This document shows, one piece after another, positions 52,126 through 62,049 of a stretch of 64,000 nucleotides of DNA (within the stretch, counting starts at the first letter, position 1; each line of letters opens with the position of its first letter). The notes under the pieces were generated by a model. The model was not told the DNA's origin and did not search any database. It worked only from the letters and a program-made list of their open reading frames with translations. The position numbers were made by a program, and so were the translations under genes. The stretch comes from Elusimicrobiota bacterium (GTDB taxonomy: Bacteria; Elusimicrobiota; Elusimicrobia; UBA1565; UBA9628): NCBI GenBank assembly GCA_031423795.1, contig JANPGH010000015.1, forward strand, positions 28,006-92,005. The letters run 5' to 3'.

Positions 52126-53535
52126 ATGCGCCTCAGCGTCCGCCTCGCCCTCATTTTCGCGTTTTTCGGCGCCGTCATTTCCGGCGGCCTCGTTTGGAGC
52201 CAAGTGCGTGCTTCTCGTCGCGACGCCTATGCCCAACAACAGAGGCTTGGTGCGATCACTCTTGAGGCCGTGCGTGCCTTGGTTGAGGCGCAGGCGGGGC
52301 AGGGCCGGTTCATCGAGCTCGGCCGCAATTTTGGGGACCTGGTGCGCCAAGCCGACGTCGCGACGATTTTGGTGCGCGGAAAAAACGGGCGGCGAGTCGT
52401 CGGTCGTAGCGACGATCCCGGCCTCCTGGCACGGACTCCGAAGCCCGGACGGGAATTAGCCGCCGTGGACGACGGGATTTACGACGTCGAGACGCCAGTG
52501 GATTTAGGCGCGCGCGGCAAGGGAACGGTTTCCGTCGGGTTTCGCACCACTCGACTCGAAGGGCGCTTGCGTGACGCGGCCACCGCGGGCGTCGGGGCGG
52601 GCGTGACGGCGCTACTCGCGCTTGCCGTTTCGGCGTGGTTTATCGGCATGTTCGCAGGCGAGCGCATCGAGCGCGTCGTACTGCGCATCGCAGCACTCTC
52701 CGCCGATCCGGAGAGATTTCGGCCGTTGCGGGCCGACGGACTCGGGGGACGGGAAGTGGCGAGGTTGGCCCAGGCTTTCAACCGGATGGGTGCCAGTCTG
52801 AAGTCCGAGACGACCAGGCGCCGCGAGCTCGAGGCGGAAAAACGGGAGCTTGCCTCGATGCTGGTCCACGACCTGAAGACTCCGCTGACAGTAATTCGCG
52901 CGGGAATCTCGTTATTGTCGGAGGTGGCCAACCGCTCGGGCGCAAAACGCGAGAATCAGCGGACCTTCGAGCTGCTCGAAATGTCGACGGCGCGCCTGCA
53001 GCGCATGGTCGAGGATGTTTTGCAGCTCGCGAAACTGGAAGAGTCGAGTGCGCTTCAAGATCTCGACCTGGTAGACCTGCCCACGCTCGCCACCGAGTGC
53101 GCGAAAGATTTCGGTTTAATCGTCGCCGATCGTAAGCAGACGCTGCGCCTGGACCTGCCTGAGGATCACCTGTCACCGGCTCTCGGCGATCGCGCATTGC
53201 TGCGGCGCGTCCTCGACAATTTGGTGCACAATGCGGTTGAACACACACCGCCGGGCGGCACGATCGCAATCGGCGTGCGGCCGGCGCGCGAGGGCGTGCT
53301 GATCGAAGTGTCCGATTCCGGGCCCGGCGTTCCAGCCGAGGCGCGAGCAGATATCTTTCGAAAATTCTTCCAGAAAGATGTGAAGCGACACGTCGGCAAC
53401 GTGGGTCTGGGGCTGGCCTTATGCGAAAAAGTCGTGCTGCGCCACGGCGGTACGATTGGAATCGGGGACGCGCAGCCCCGCGGCGCGCGCTTCTACTTCA
53501 CGCTTCCCGTCGCGCCCGAGCCAGTAGCCGTCTGA
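52126..53535 (+). CDS. membrane sensor histidine kinase (TM - periplasmic segment - TM - HAMP - HisKA - HATPase_c)
   Basis: H-box LVHDLKTPLTVI. N-box LDNLVHNAVEHT. G1 VSDSGPGV. G2 GNVGLGLAL. Two TM helices flank a ~140-aa segment. Confidence 0.9.
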   Translation: MRLSVRLALIFAFFGAVISGGLVWSQVRASRRDAYAQQQRLGAITLEAVRALVEAQAGQGRFIELGRNFGDLVRQADVATILVRGKNGRRVVGRSDDPGLLARTPKPGRELAAVDDGIYDVETPVDLGARGKGTVSVGFRTTRLEGRLRDAATAGVGAGVTALLALAVSAWFIGMFAGERIERVVLRIAALSADPERFRPLRADGLGGREVARLAQAFNRMGASLKSETTRRRELEAEKRELASMLVHDLKTPLTVIRAGISLLSEVANRSGAKRENQRTFELLEMSTARLQRMVEDVLQLAKLEESSALQDLDLVDLPTLATECAKDFGLIVADRKQTLRLDLPEDHLSPALGDRALLRRVLDNLVHNAVEHTPPGGTIAIGVRPAREGVLIEVSDSGPGVPAEARADIFRKFFQKDVKRHVGNVGLGLALCEKVVLRHGGTIGIGDAQPRGARFYFTLPVAPEPVAV

Positions 53536-54070
53536 CGGATCGCATCGGCAATCCGGTGACGTTATCGCGGTCTCCGTCGACACGAGCAACCAGGGGGTCC
53601 CGGCGATCCTGGATCGCGTATGCGCCGGCCTTGTCCATGTGCTTGCCGGCCAAACGTCGCAGGCTGTGGGCGTCGAGTTGGTGCGCATGGACCACGCTCA
53701 CTGCGCAATCGGTGTAGACACGTCGCCCGACCACAAGGGCGGTGCCGGTGTAGACCCGTTGTCGTCTCCCTGATTGTAGCGTGATCATGCGGATCGCGTC
53801 GGCCAAGTCTTTCGGCTTGCCCAGGATTTGCCCAGCGCAGACGACGACGGTATCGGCGCCGAGTACCGGAATATTAGGATGACGCGGCGCGACGTCGAGG
53901 GCCTTGGCCCTTGCGAGCCTGACCACCAAGCGCCGAGGATTGCGCTCGTTGATGTTTTCGTCGACGCGGCTTGGGTCGACGCGAAAACTCACGCCGGCGG
54001 CGCGCAGGATCGCGCGCCGCCTAGGTGAGGCAGACGCGAGAATCAGATCAGGTCGGTGTAGTCGCCCCAT
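53498..54070 (-). CDS. maf: Maf-like nucleoside-triphosphate pyrophosphatase
   Basis: LILASASPRRRAIL, GADTVV, DKAGAYAIQ motifs. ATG 54070. The ORF-track extension to 54235 is rejected. Confidence 0.9.
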   Translation of the reverse strand: MGRLHRPDLILASASPRRRAILRAAGVSFRVDPSRVDENINERNPRRLVVRLARAKALDVAPRHPNIPVLGADTVVVCAGQILGKPKDLADAIRMITLQSGRRQRVYTGTALVVGRRVYTDCAVSVVHAHQLDAHSLRRLAGKHMDKAGAYAIQDRRDPLVARVDGDRDNVTGLPMRSVRRLLARARREA

Positions 54071-54783
54071 TTTTCCGTGCGCACTTGCTGCGCGGGCACT
54101 CCCCTGCCCTCCAGTCCGGCGCGCAGTTCGGACACCATTTTGTTCGGCCCGCAGATAAAAAACGTCGCCGTCAGCGCATCCGGAATTAAGTTCATCAAGT
54201 ATTCCGCATCGATGCGTCCCGTTCGTCCGGCCCATCGCTCACCAGGGTTCATCTCGTGAGGGCGAGAAATCAAGGACTGAATTTCGATCCCGGCTTTGCG
54301 CCAAGCAGGATGCTCGTTACGGTAGAGCAGGGTGGCCGGGGTTTTCGCCGAGCAAACCAAGGTCACGCGCTGCTCCCGCGCTCCGTCGGCCTTCAGAAGA
54401 CACATCGCCCGCAGCGGTGCAAGCCCTGTCCCGCCACCGACCAGGACGGCGTGTTCGGCCAAACCGTCGTATACCCATTTTCCGAACGGGCCGCGAGCGA
54501 TAAGGTCGTGTGCGATACCGGGTTGCAGAGCGCCTAATCGATCGCTGAACGCACCAACCATCCCGACGGTAATCTCGAAGTAATCGTCGCCGCGCAGCGG
54601 CGACGAAGCTAGCGAGTAGGCACGCCAAGTTTTGGGATCGTTTTTGAAATGAAACATCAGGAATTGTCCCGGAACGAAATTAAATGCGGGCGGCGAGGCG
54701 AAGCGGAAGGTTCGGACTTCGGCCGTCTCAGCGCGCGTCTCGAGCAGGATCGGCGCGAAGGTCGCGGCAGAGGCCTCAGTCAT
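54043..54783 (-). CDS. FNR-like FAD/NAD(P)-binding oxidoreductase (ferredoxin-reductase-type, no Fe-S domain)
   Basis: RAYSLASSP (RxYS FAD motif). LVGGGTGLAPL NAD(P) motif. ATG 54783 forms an ATGA overlap with the cutA stop. Confidence 0.8.
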   Translation of the reverse strand: MTEASAATFAPILLETRAETAEVRTFRFASPPAFNFVPGQFLMFHFKNDPKTWRAYSLASSPLRGDDYFEITVGMVGAFSDRLGALQPGIAHDLIARGPFGKWVYDGLAEHAVLVGGGTGLAPLRAMCLLKADGAREQRVTLVCSAKTPATLLYRNEHPAWRKAGIEIQSLISRPHEMNPGERWAGRTGRIDAEYLMNLIPDALTATFFICGPNKMVSELRAGLEGRGVPAQQVRTEKWGDYTDLI

Positions 54784-55097
54784 CGCACCCCTTCCCCAAT
54801 CCAGGCGAGATAGCCTGGAGAACCGCTGGCGACGTTTAAGACTAAGAATTCGGGAACTTCGTAAGGATGGTTTTGTGCGATCCATTTTCGAAGCCTCGGA
54901 ACCGAGGCGCTCGTGGTTTTAATCATCATCAGAGATTCCGCGTCGCAACAGATCTTGCCCTTCCAGCGATAGTGGGAGACGCCGGGCAAGATGTTAACGC
55001 AAGCCGCCAGTCGCAGCGCGACGATTTGACGAGCAAATCGTGCCGCTTTCGCACCGCGGGGGACGGTGACGAACACGATTCGCGCCGCGCAAGCCAT
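54780..55097 (-). CDS. cutA: divalent-cation tolerance protein CutA
   Basis: 105 aa. LAACVNILPGV...YRWKGKI...E...IKT pattern typical of CutA1. Confidence 0.85.
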   Translation of the reverse strand: MACAARIVFVTVPRGAKAARFARQIVALRLAACVNILPGVSHYRWKGKICCDAESLMMIKTTSASVPRLRKWIAQNHPYEVPEFLVLNVASGSPGYLAWIGEGVR

Positions 55098-55099
55098 GT

Positions 55100-56572
55100 T
55101 TAGCGGTATGTTAAAGAACCAACCACGTGCACCTTGAGCATGTTCGATGCTTTGTGTTTGGCAGTGCCGCCCGCGGTGACGAGGAGGGTTTCCCCTGTTT
55201 TAATCATCCTATTCTTGAGCAACAGGCGCTCTCCATAGGCGATCATTTCATCAGTCGTTTTGCCCAACGGGCATATCATCGGATTGGTGCCCCAATAAAG
55301 AGCCAGCTGGTTGTAGGTGGTTTTAAGCGGAGTCATCGCGATGATCGGGGCCTTCGGGCGATATTTCGACATGACTCGGGCCGACCAACCGGTCATCGTG
55401 TACACGACGACGAGCTTGGCACCCGTGACTTCGCAGGCGTCGTGGCAAGCGCGCGACAGTGTGTGCGAGAATCCGGTCTCGGGAGAGTCGGAAAGGCCGT
55501 GTGGGATGAAGCGGTAGCGGAAATTCGACGCCTCCGCTCTACGGATGATATCGTTCATCACGGTCACCGTTTCGAGCGGGTAAAGCCCGACGGCCGACTC
55601 CCCGGAGAGCATGACCACGTCGGCTCCGTCGAAGACGGCATTAGCCACATCGGAAGCCTCCGCGCGCGTCGGTTGCGCATGGGAGATCATGCTTTCGAGC
55701 ATTTGCGTTGCGACAATCGAAATCTTGCCGGAGTCATTGGCTTTGCGCACCAGCATCTTCTGCAGGGCAGGAACTTCCGCCGCGGAGAGCTCGACGGCCA
55801 AGTCGCCGCGTGCGATCATAATGCCGTCGGCCGCGTCGAGAATATCGTCGATGCGGCGCAACGCGTCCGGATGTTCGATCTTGGCGATCACGCGTGTCGT
55901 CAACTTCGTCTTCTGCAAAATTTTGCGCGTGCGCAAAATGTCGTCCGGCGAGCGCACGAACGAGAGGGCCACGTGATCGATTCCAAGCTTGATGCCCATG
56001 TCGAGATCGCGCAAATCCTTCAGCGTCAACGCCGGCAAATCGATGTCTGCGCCGGGCAGGTTGATACCTTTGTGTTCCTTGAGAGTGCCTCCGAGGCGGA
56101 CTTCACAATCAACCCAGTCTGAGCCGGTCTTGAGCACGGTGAGCACGATGGTCCCGTCGTCTAGGCGTATTTCCAAGCCTTTGCGCACAGTGACCGGCAA
56201 TTTCTTGAAATTCGTCGAAATCTGGTCGGCGGTGCCGAGCACGTCATGGGTCGTGATGCGAACTTTGGCACCGTTCTTCAGAACCACCGGCTCGCCGTTG
56301 CGCAAGCGACCGACGCGCAGGCGTGGACCTTGCAGGTCCATCACGATTGCGGTGGCGCGACGCGAGACGCGGGAAGCAGAGCGGATCAGTTCTACGTTGC
56401 GGCGCAAGTCGTCCATCGATGCATGCGAGCAATTGAGGCGGAAGGCGTCGACACCGGCGCCAATCAAGTTGAGCAACACGTCGCTCTTAGCCGAAGCGGG
56501 TCCAAGCGTGGCTAGGATTTTCGTTTTTTTCAAATTGGAAAATAAAGGCAGCGTGCCGGGGGTGGGTTTCAT
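55100..56572 (-). CDS. pyk: pyruvate kinase
   Basis: KILATLGPAS, FRLNCSH, MIARGDLAVE, and a C-terminal alpha/beta domain. 490 aa. Confidence 0.95.
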   Translation of the reverse strand: MKPTPGTLPLFSNLKKTKILATLGPASAKSDVLLNLIGAGVDAFRLNCSHASMDDLRRNVELIRSASRVSRRATAIVMDLQGPRLRVGRLRNGEPVVLKNGAKVRITTHDVLGTADQISTNFKKLPVTVRKGLEIRLDDGTIVLTVLKTGSDWVDCEVRLGGTLKEHKGINLPGADIDLPALTLKDLRDLDMGIKLGIDHVALSFVRSPDDILRTRKILQKTKLTTRVIAKIEHPDALRRIDDILDAADGIMIARGDLAVELSAAEVPALQKMLVRKANDSGKISIVATQMLESMISHAQPTRAEASDVANAVFDGADVVMLSGESAVGLYPLETVTVMNDIIRRAEASNFRYRFIPHGLSDSPETGFSHTLSRACHDACEVTGAKLVVVYTMTGWSARVMSKYRPKAPIIAMTPLKTTYNQLALYWGTNPMICPLGKTTDEMIAYGERLLLKNRMIKTGETLLVTAGGTAKHKASNMLKVHVVGSLTYR

Positions 56573-57618
56573 CGAGCAGAGACTACCTTTTTCAGCGTCG
56601 CGCCGTCAGCCGGGGAAATCACCCCTTTCTCGGTGATGATGGCCGTGACCAGCGCGTGCGGAGTCACGTCGAAAGCGAAATGGTGTGCGCGAGCGCCTTT
56701 GGGCGCAATCGGAGTGCCGAACACTTCGAGGACTTCCACAGTCGAGCGTTCTTCGATCGGGATATCGTCGCCTTGAGCGGTCGCCAGGTCGATCGTGGTG
56801 GTCGGAGCCACCACATAGAACGGGATTGAGTGGTATTTGGCGAGGATCGCGAGGCCATAAGTCCCGATCTTATTGCAGACATCGGCGTTGGCCGCAATGC
56901 GGTCGGAGCCAACGATCACGGCATCGATTTTTATCATCTTCATTAGGTGCGCGGCCATATTGTCGGTGATCAGCGTCGCGGGTATTCCTGCCTGCATCAA
57001 TTCCCAAAGAGTGAGTCGGGAGCCCTGAAGATAGGGGCGGGTTTCGCATGGATACACGTGCTCGATTTTTCCGGCAAAATATGCGGCGCGGATCATGCCG
57101 ACGGCCGTGCCGATGCCAGCGGTGGCCAATGCTCCCGCGTTGCAGTACGTGATCACGCGCGACCCGGCGGATAATAATTGCGCGCCGCGCTCGGCCATGC
57201 GCGCGTTAAATTGAAGGTCATTCTGGTAATATCGAACGGCCGCCGCCGCGGCGCGCTCGCCGAGAGTGCTTTCGGGGCCGGACCTAGCCACTTCGAGCAT
57301 GTAATCAAGGGCGTGCATCAAGTTCACCGCGGTTGGACGCGAGCGGCGAAGGACCGGTTCAGCGGCCAAAACGTCTTTTAGACGATTCTTGCGTGCCGCC
57401 AGTGCCATCGCGTACGCGGCGGCACACCCGATCAGAGGCGCACCTCGCAAAACCATGTCCATCGTGGCGCGGGCGACTTCACGCGCGGTGCGGCAAGACA
57501 CGTAGGTGATGTTTCGAGGAAGCTGGCGCTGATCGAGTACGTCCAGACGATCGCCTTTCCATATGATGTGGCGGATCGGGTCGACGGTCAGCGGAACGGG
57601 CTTTCGAGGCTTGGTCAT
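56569..57618 (-). CDS. mtnA: S-methyl-5-thioribose-1-phosphate isomerase (eIF-2B alpha/beta/delta-like family)
   Basis: LDQRQLP, VRGAPLIG, TYCNAGALAT, VGSDRIAANAD motifs. I prefer ATG 57618. The ORF-track TTG is at 57642. Confidence 0.88.
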   Translation of the reverse strand: MTKPRKPVPLTVDPIRHIIWKGDRLDVLDQRQLPRNITYVSCRTAREVARATMDMVLRGAPLIGCAAAYAMALAARKNRLKDVLAAEPVLRRSRPTAVNLMHALDYMLEVARSGPESTLGERAAAAAVRYYQNDLQFNARMAERGAQLLSAGSRVITYCNAGALATAGIGTAVGMIRAAYFAGKIEHVYPCETRPYLQGSRLTLWELMQAGIPATLITDNMAAHLMKMIKIDAVIVGSDRIAANADVCNKIGTYGLAILAKYHSIPFYVVAPTTTIDLATAQGDDIPIEERSTVEVLEVFGTPIAPKGARAHHFAFDVTPHALVTAIITEKGVISPADGATLKKVVSAR

Positions 57619-57645
57619 AAAGTCAGGGCCGGGGGCGGACAAGAC

Positions 57646-57680
57646 GAAGGCGAACGAGGCCTTAAGCCCCGTTCGCCTTC
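57646..57680 (-). other. 11-bp-stem hairpin between yggU and mtnA (no U-tract)
   Basis: GAAGGCGAACG (57646..57656) pairs with CGTTCGCCTTC (57670..57680) around a 13-nt loop. Confidence 0.5.
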
Positions 57681-57700
57681 GCTCAAGGACAACCGCGCGG

Positions 57701-57964
57701 TTATGGGATTGACTCCATCACGCGCTTGAGTTGCTCCTCGGTCTTGCCGACGATTTCAACGGTTTTCTCGCGGCCGTTGGCGCCGCGCAAAATGCTGACT
57801 CGTTTCCCGGGAACCTCGAAGAATTCAGCGAGATAATCCCGGAGTGCCGCATTGGCCTTCTCGTCTATGGCCGGAGCGGCGACCTTCACCCGCAGAACGC
57901 TGCCGATGCGGCTGACCACTTCGTTTTCGTCCGCGTTCGGAATGACTCGCACTTTTACGATCAT
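57701..57964 (-). CDS. yggU: DUF167 (YggU-like) protein
   Basis: 87 aa. VKVRVIPNADENEV...LRVKVAAPAIDEKANAAL pattern. Confidence 0.85.
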   Translation of the reverse strand: MIVKVRVIPNADENEVVSRIGSVLRVKVAAPAIDEKANAALRDYLAEFFEVPGKRVSILRGANGREKTVEIVGKTEEQLKRVMESIP

Positions 57965-58659
57965 GCTGGGGCCTCCACTGATGCCGGACTAAGGTGTGAA
58001 AAAATCTGTGAACCGATGCGGACCATATCAGCGCCTTCTTCGACCGCGATCTCAAAATCGCGGCTCATGCCCATCGACAACTTGCCGCCGGGCATCAGGC
58101 GGTCGCGCAACTCCCGCAGTGCGCGGAAACTGGGGCGAACATCCTCGAGCTCTTCCACGTTCGGCGCGATTGACAACAATCCCTCGACTTGTAAGTGCGG
58201 ATATTTCCCGAGCGACGTCAGAAGCGGGCCGAGGGCGTCCGGACTCACTCCCGATTGAGACTGGCGATCGGTCATTTTGACTTGAACCATCACCGGCAAA
58301 ATTCGACCTGAGTCAGCAAGCGTCGCATTAAGGGCCGCGGCCACTTTTTCACTGTCGATCGAATCGACTCTGTCGAAAACCTCGACAGCTTTTTTTGCCT
58401 TATTCGTCTGCAAATGGCCGATCAAGTGCCAACAAATTTTCGGGGACTTTGCGCCCAGAAGCAGTTGCTTCTTCTCGGCTTCTTGCACGCGATTTTCGCC
58501 GATGTCCGCGAGCAGCTCAAGATTGATAATTTGAGCAACATCGTTGATGTCAGCGTATTTCGTAACTGCCACAATCGTCACCGCGTCAGGATCGCGGCCG
58601 GACCGTTTGGCGGCGTCGCGGATGCGGTAGCGGATTTGTTTTAAATTGTCAATGAGCAC
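57961..58659 (-). CDS. yggS: YggS-family pyridoxal-phosphate homeostasis protein
   Basis: VAVTKY (PLP lysine), HLIGHLQTNK, MGMSRDFEIAVEEGADMVRIGS. GTG start at 58659. Confidence 0.9.
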   Translation of the reverse strand: MLIDNLKQIRYRIRDAAKRSGRDPDAVTIVAVTKYADINDVAQIINLELLADIGENRVQEAEKKQLLLGAKSPKICWHLIGHLQTNKAKKAVEVFDRVDSIDSEKVAAALNATLADSGRILPVMVQVKMTDRQSQSGVSPDALGPLLTSLGKYPHLQVEGLLSIAPNVEELEDVRPSFRALRELRDRLMPGGKLSMGMSRDFEIAVEEGADMVRIGSQIFSHLSPASVEAPA

Positions 58660-58670
58660 CGTATATACAC

Positions 58671-58700
58671 ATTATAGCACAGGGGGCCCTTCGATTGCAA
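58671..58700 (-). promoter_or_regulatory. sigma70-like promoter TTGCAA-N18-TGcTATAAT, 11 nt upstream of the yggS GTG
   Basis: The minus strand has the -35 TTGCAA at 58695..58700 and the extended -10 TGCTATAAT at 58671..58679. Confidence 0.5.
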
Positions 58701-58725
58701 ATGGGGGCCAAAGGGCCCATAAATT

Positions 58726-59232
58726 TCAGAAGCGTAAACGGGGATGCGTGAGCTCTTCGACGGCCCGTATCCGCAGGGCTTCGGCGGCGAGATAATCGGC
58801 GTCGACCGCGATTTTGTTCATCGCGGAGATAAATATTGCGCGGAGTTCTTCCGATCCGCCCCCTTTGGCGTCGAGGCTGGCGACGTCTCGCGGCAAAACC
58901 AAGTATAGCTGGGCCATCCCGCGTGCGCTGTCGACGCGTCGCTTGATCGCCGCGGTCGTTCCGGGCAACTGGCCCTTGGCCGCTTCGAGCTGTGCTGCGA
59001 CGACGCCCAGGGTTTGGCGCAGTTCCATGCCGCGGGAAAGATAGAGTTGCGTGGCCTCACCGACATCGTCATATCCCGAGTAGGCGGATTGGACCTGCCC
59101 TGAGAACGGCGACTTCGGCGTAAAGGCGGCGTGAAGCGCGGCTCGCGACTGCTCCAAAGACATGCGCAGAGCGAGGTCGGGATCGGTAGCTGCCAGTACA
59201 GGGAGCGCAAGGAGAAGCGCCAATAAACTCAT
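58726..59232 (-). CDS. hypothetical exported helical protein
   Basis: 168 aa. Signal peptide MSLLALLLALPVLAA. TAGGAT-N7 upstream of the ATG. Confidence 0.55.
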   Translation of the reverse strand: MSLLALLLALPVLAATDPDLALRMSLEQSRAALHAAFTPKSPFSGQVQSAYSGYDDVGEATQLYLSRGMELRQTLGVVAAQLEAAKGQLPGTTAAIKRRVDSARGMAQLYLVLPRDVASLDAKGGGSEELRAIFISAMNKIAVDADYLAAEALRIRAVEELTHPRLRF

Positions 59233-59273
59233 TGACTATATCCTACACGAAACCATCAACGAATTTGACGGCC

Positions 59274-59291
59274 ACTGTGGCCGGCCACAGT
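59274..59291. repeat. 18-bp perfect palindrome ACTGTGGCCGGCCACAGT (copy 1)
   Basis: Self-complementary. Lies 5 nt downstream of the HNH stop codon. Identical to 60241..60258. Confidence 0.97.
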
Positions 59292-59296
59292 CGATT

Positions 59297-60226
59297 TTAT
59301 ATTCGGCGCTTGTCGCCAAATCGAAGCCTTGCCAATCGTTGGTTGTGAGCGCGACAGAGGAGCCGAATATTATCGGCGTGATCGGATCGCCCGCCGCTCG
59401 CCCAAGGCATGACATGGTCGTATTCAAGGAAATCGTGGCTGCCGCAGCGCCGGCCGTCAATGGCGAGATATGCGCAACGACCGCCGTCTCGTTTCCAAAT
59501 TTGAGTTTTAATCGCCAAGGAGATCCGGCGCGTGGGACGTCCTGAGGGGCACTTTTGGCCGGATTTCCGACTTCTCGGACCGAGTCGATTCAATAGATTT
59601 GATGCGGCGTCCCCTAAAATATCTTCCAGACGACCCTCCGGGAATTTGTGACGTCTCATGCTACGCAATCTTTCGAGCATTTTTAAAAATTCATCATTTG
59701 CGGTGAATGACAGCCGAATCCGCGGCGGCGGAGCGATGATCTCGTGCAATTCGACAGGGCTATCAGTGGTATTGACCGGCGGGGGTGTCGGTAGGTACCT
59801 AATGATATCGCGCTGTTGAGGAATGGTCTCAGCACCGCTGATCTGTGCGACTAAAGAGAGGACTTCGCGTTTGGAAGCGCCAGCTACTTTGTCTAAAATC
59901 GGATTGCAATTTTCATTGTTTAAGTGAGGAGAGAGGCGTGCAATTGCTTCAAGATGAATCCTACCTATTCTGAGGTCATCTAAGATTCGGGGGAATCGCA
60001 GGACGGCCCGGGCGGCTCGGATTCGATAATAGGCACTAGCCTCTGTATATCCGAGACATTTGATGCAGTATTCGAAGAGAGACGAATAGCCTTGATCGAT
60101 GACAATTTCGCGTCGGTCGATTTCGGCGAGATGCTCGATAATGTCGGCCACATTCTCGCGTTCCTGTCCCACCAAGGCCGAAAGCCTCGCCATCAGAGTA
60201 TCGTCGGCGAGCGGTCTGAGTAGCAT
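59297..60226 (-). CDS. HNH endonuclease with DUF222-like N-terminal domain (REP13E12-type family)
   Basis: 309 aa. C-terminal HNH motif CAYLAIDGRRCGSHDFLEYDHVMPWASGGRSDHADNIRLLCRAHN. Several 60-nt lines are only 35-45% GC. Confidence 0.85.
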   Translation of the reverse strand: MLLRPLADDTLMARLSALVGQERENVADIIEHLAEIDRREIVIDQGYSSLFEYCIKCLGYTEASAYYRIRAARAVLRFPRILDDLRIGRIHLEAIARLSPHLNNENCNPILDKVAGASKREVLSLVAQISGAETIPQQRDIIRYLPTPPPVNTTDSPVELHEIIAPPPRIRLSFTANDEFLKMLERLRSMRRHKFPEGRLEDILGDAASNLLNRLGPRSRKSGQKCPSGRPTRRISLAIKTQIWKRDGGRCAYLAIDGRRCGSHDFLEYDHVMPWASGGRSDHADNIRLLCRAHNQRLARLRFGDKRRI

Positions 60227-60240
60227 GGAGTGGGTGTTGA

Positions 60241-60258
60241 ACTGTGGCCGGCCACAGT
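60241..60258. repeat. 18-bp perfect palindrome ACTGTGGCCGGCCACAGT (copy 2)
   Basis: Lies 14 nt upstream of the HNH ATG. Identical to 59274..59291. Confidence 0.97.
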
Positions 60259-60297
60259 TATACGTTCGACACCGTTATTTTGTTCCCCCCTTCGGAT

Positions 60298-60330
60298 AAA
60301 AAAACCCCCGGGCTCTTTCGAACCCGGGGG
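60298..60330 (-). terminator. rho-independent terminator of groESL
   Basis: Stem CCCCCGGG/CCCGGGGG (60305..60312 with 60323..60330). On the minus strand the hairpin is followed by a run of 7 U (plus-strand A-run 60298..60304). It lies 55 nt after the groEL stop. Confidence 0.8.
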
Positions 60331-60384
60331 TAGGGACGGCTTGTTCTCGAACAAACCGCGGCAGCGCCGCGGTTTTATTCGGGA

Positions 60385-62049
<1,665 letters not shown>

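Larger units (their letters stand above)
59274..60258 (-). mobile_element. candidate 985-bp HNH-endonuclease cassette delimited by identical palindromes
   Basis: A single gene exactly bracketed by the two palindromes. Low GC relative to flanks. No leaderless-type -10 or SD of the kind seen for native genes. Intergenic location behind the groESL terminator. Confidence 0.55.

Noticed and set aside
12005-58395. Homopolymer runs of 7 T or A inside coding regions (near 12005, 20745, 24525, 27273, 56523 and 58390), considered as slippage or frameshift sites.
   Set aside because: All host ORFs read through them in a single frame with conserved motifs on both sides. There is no evidence of frameshifting or phase variation.
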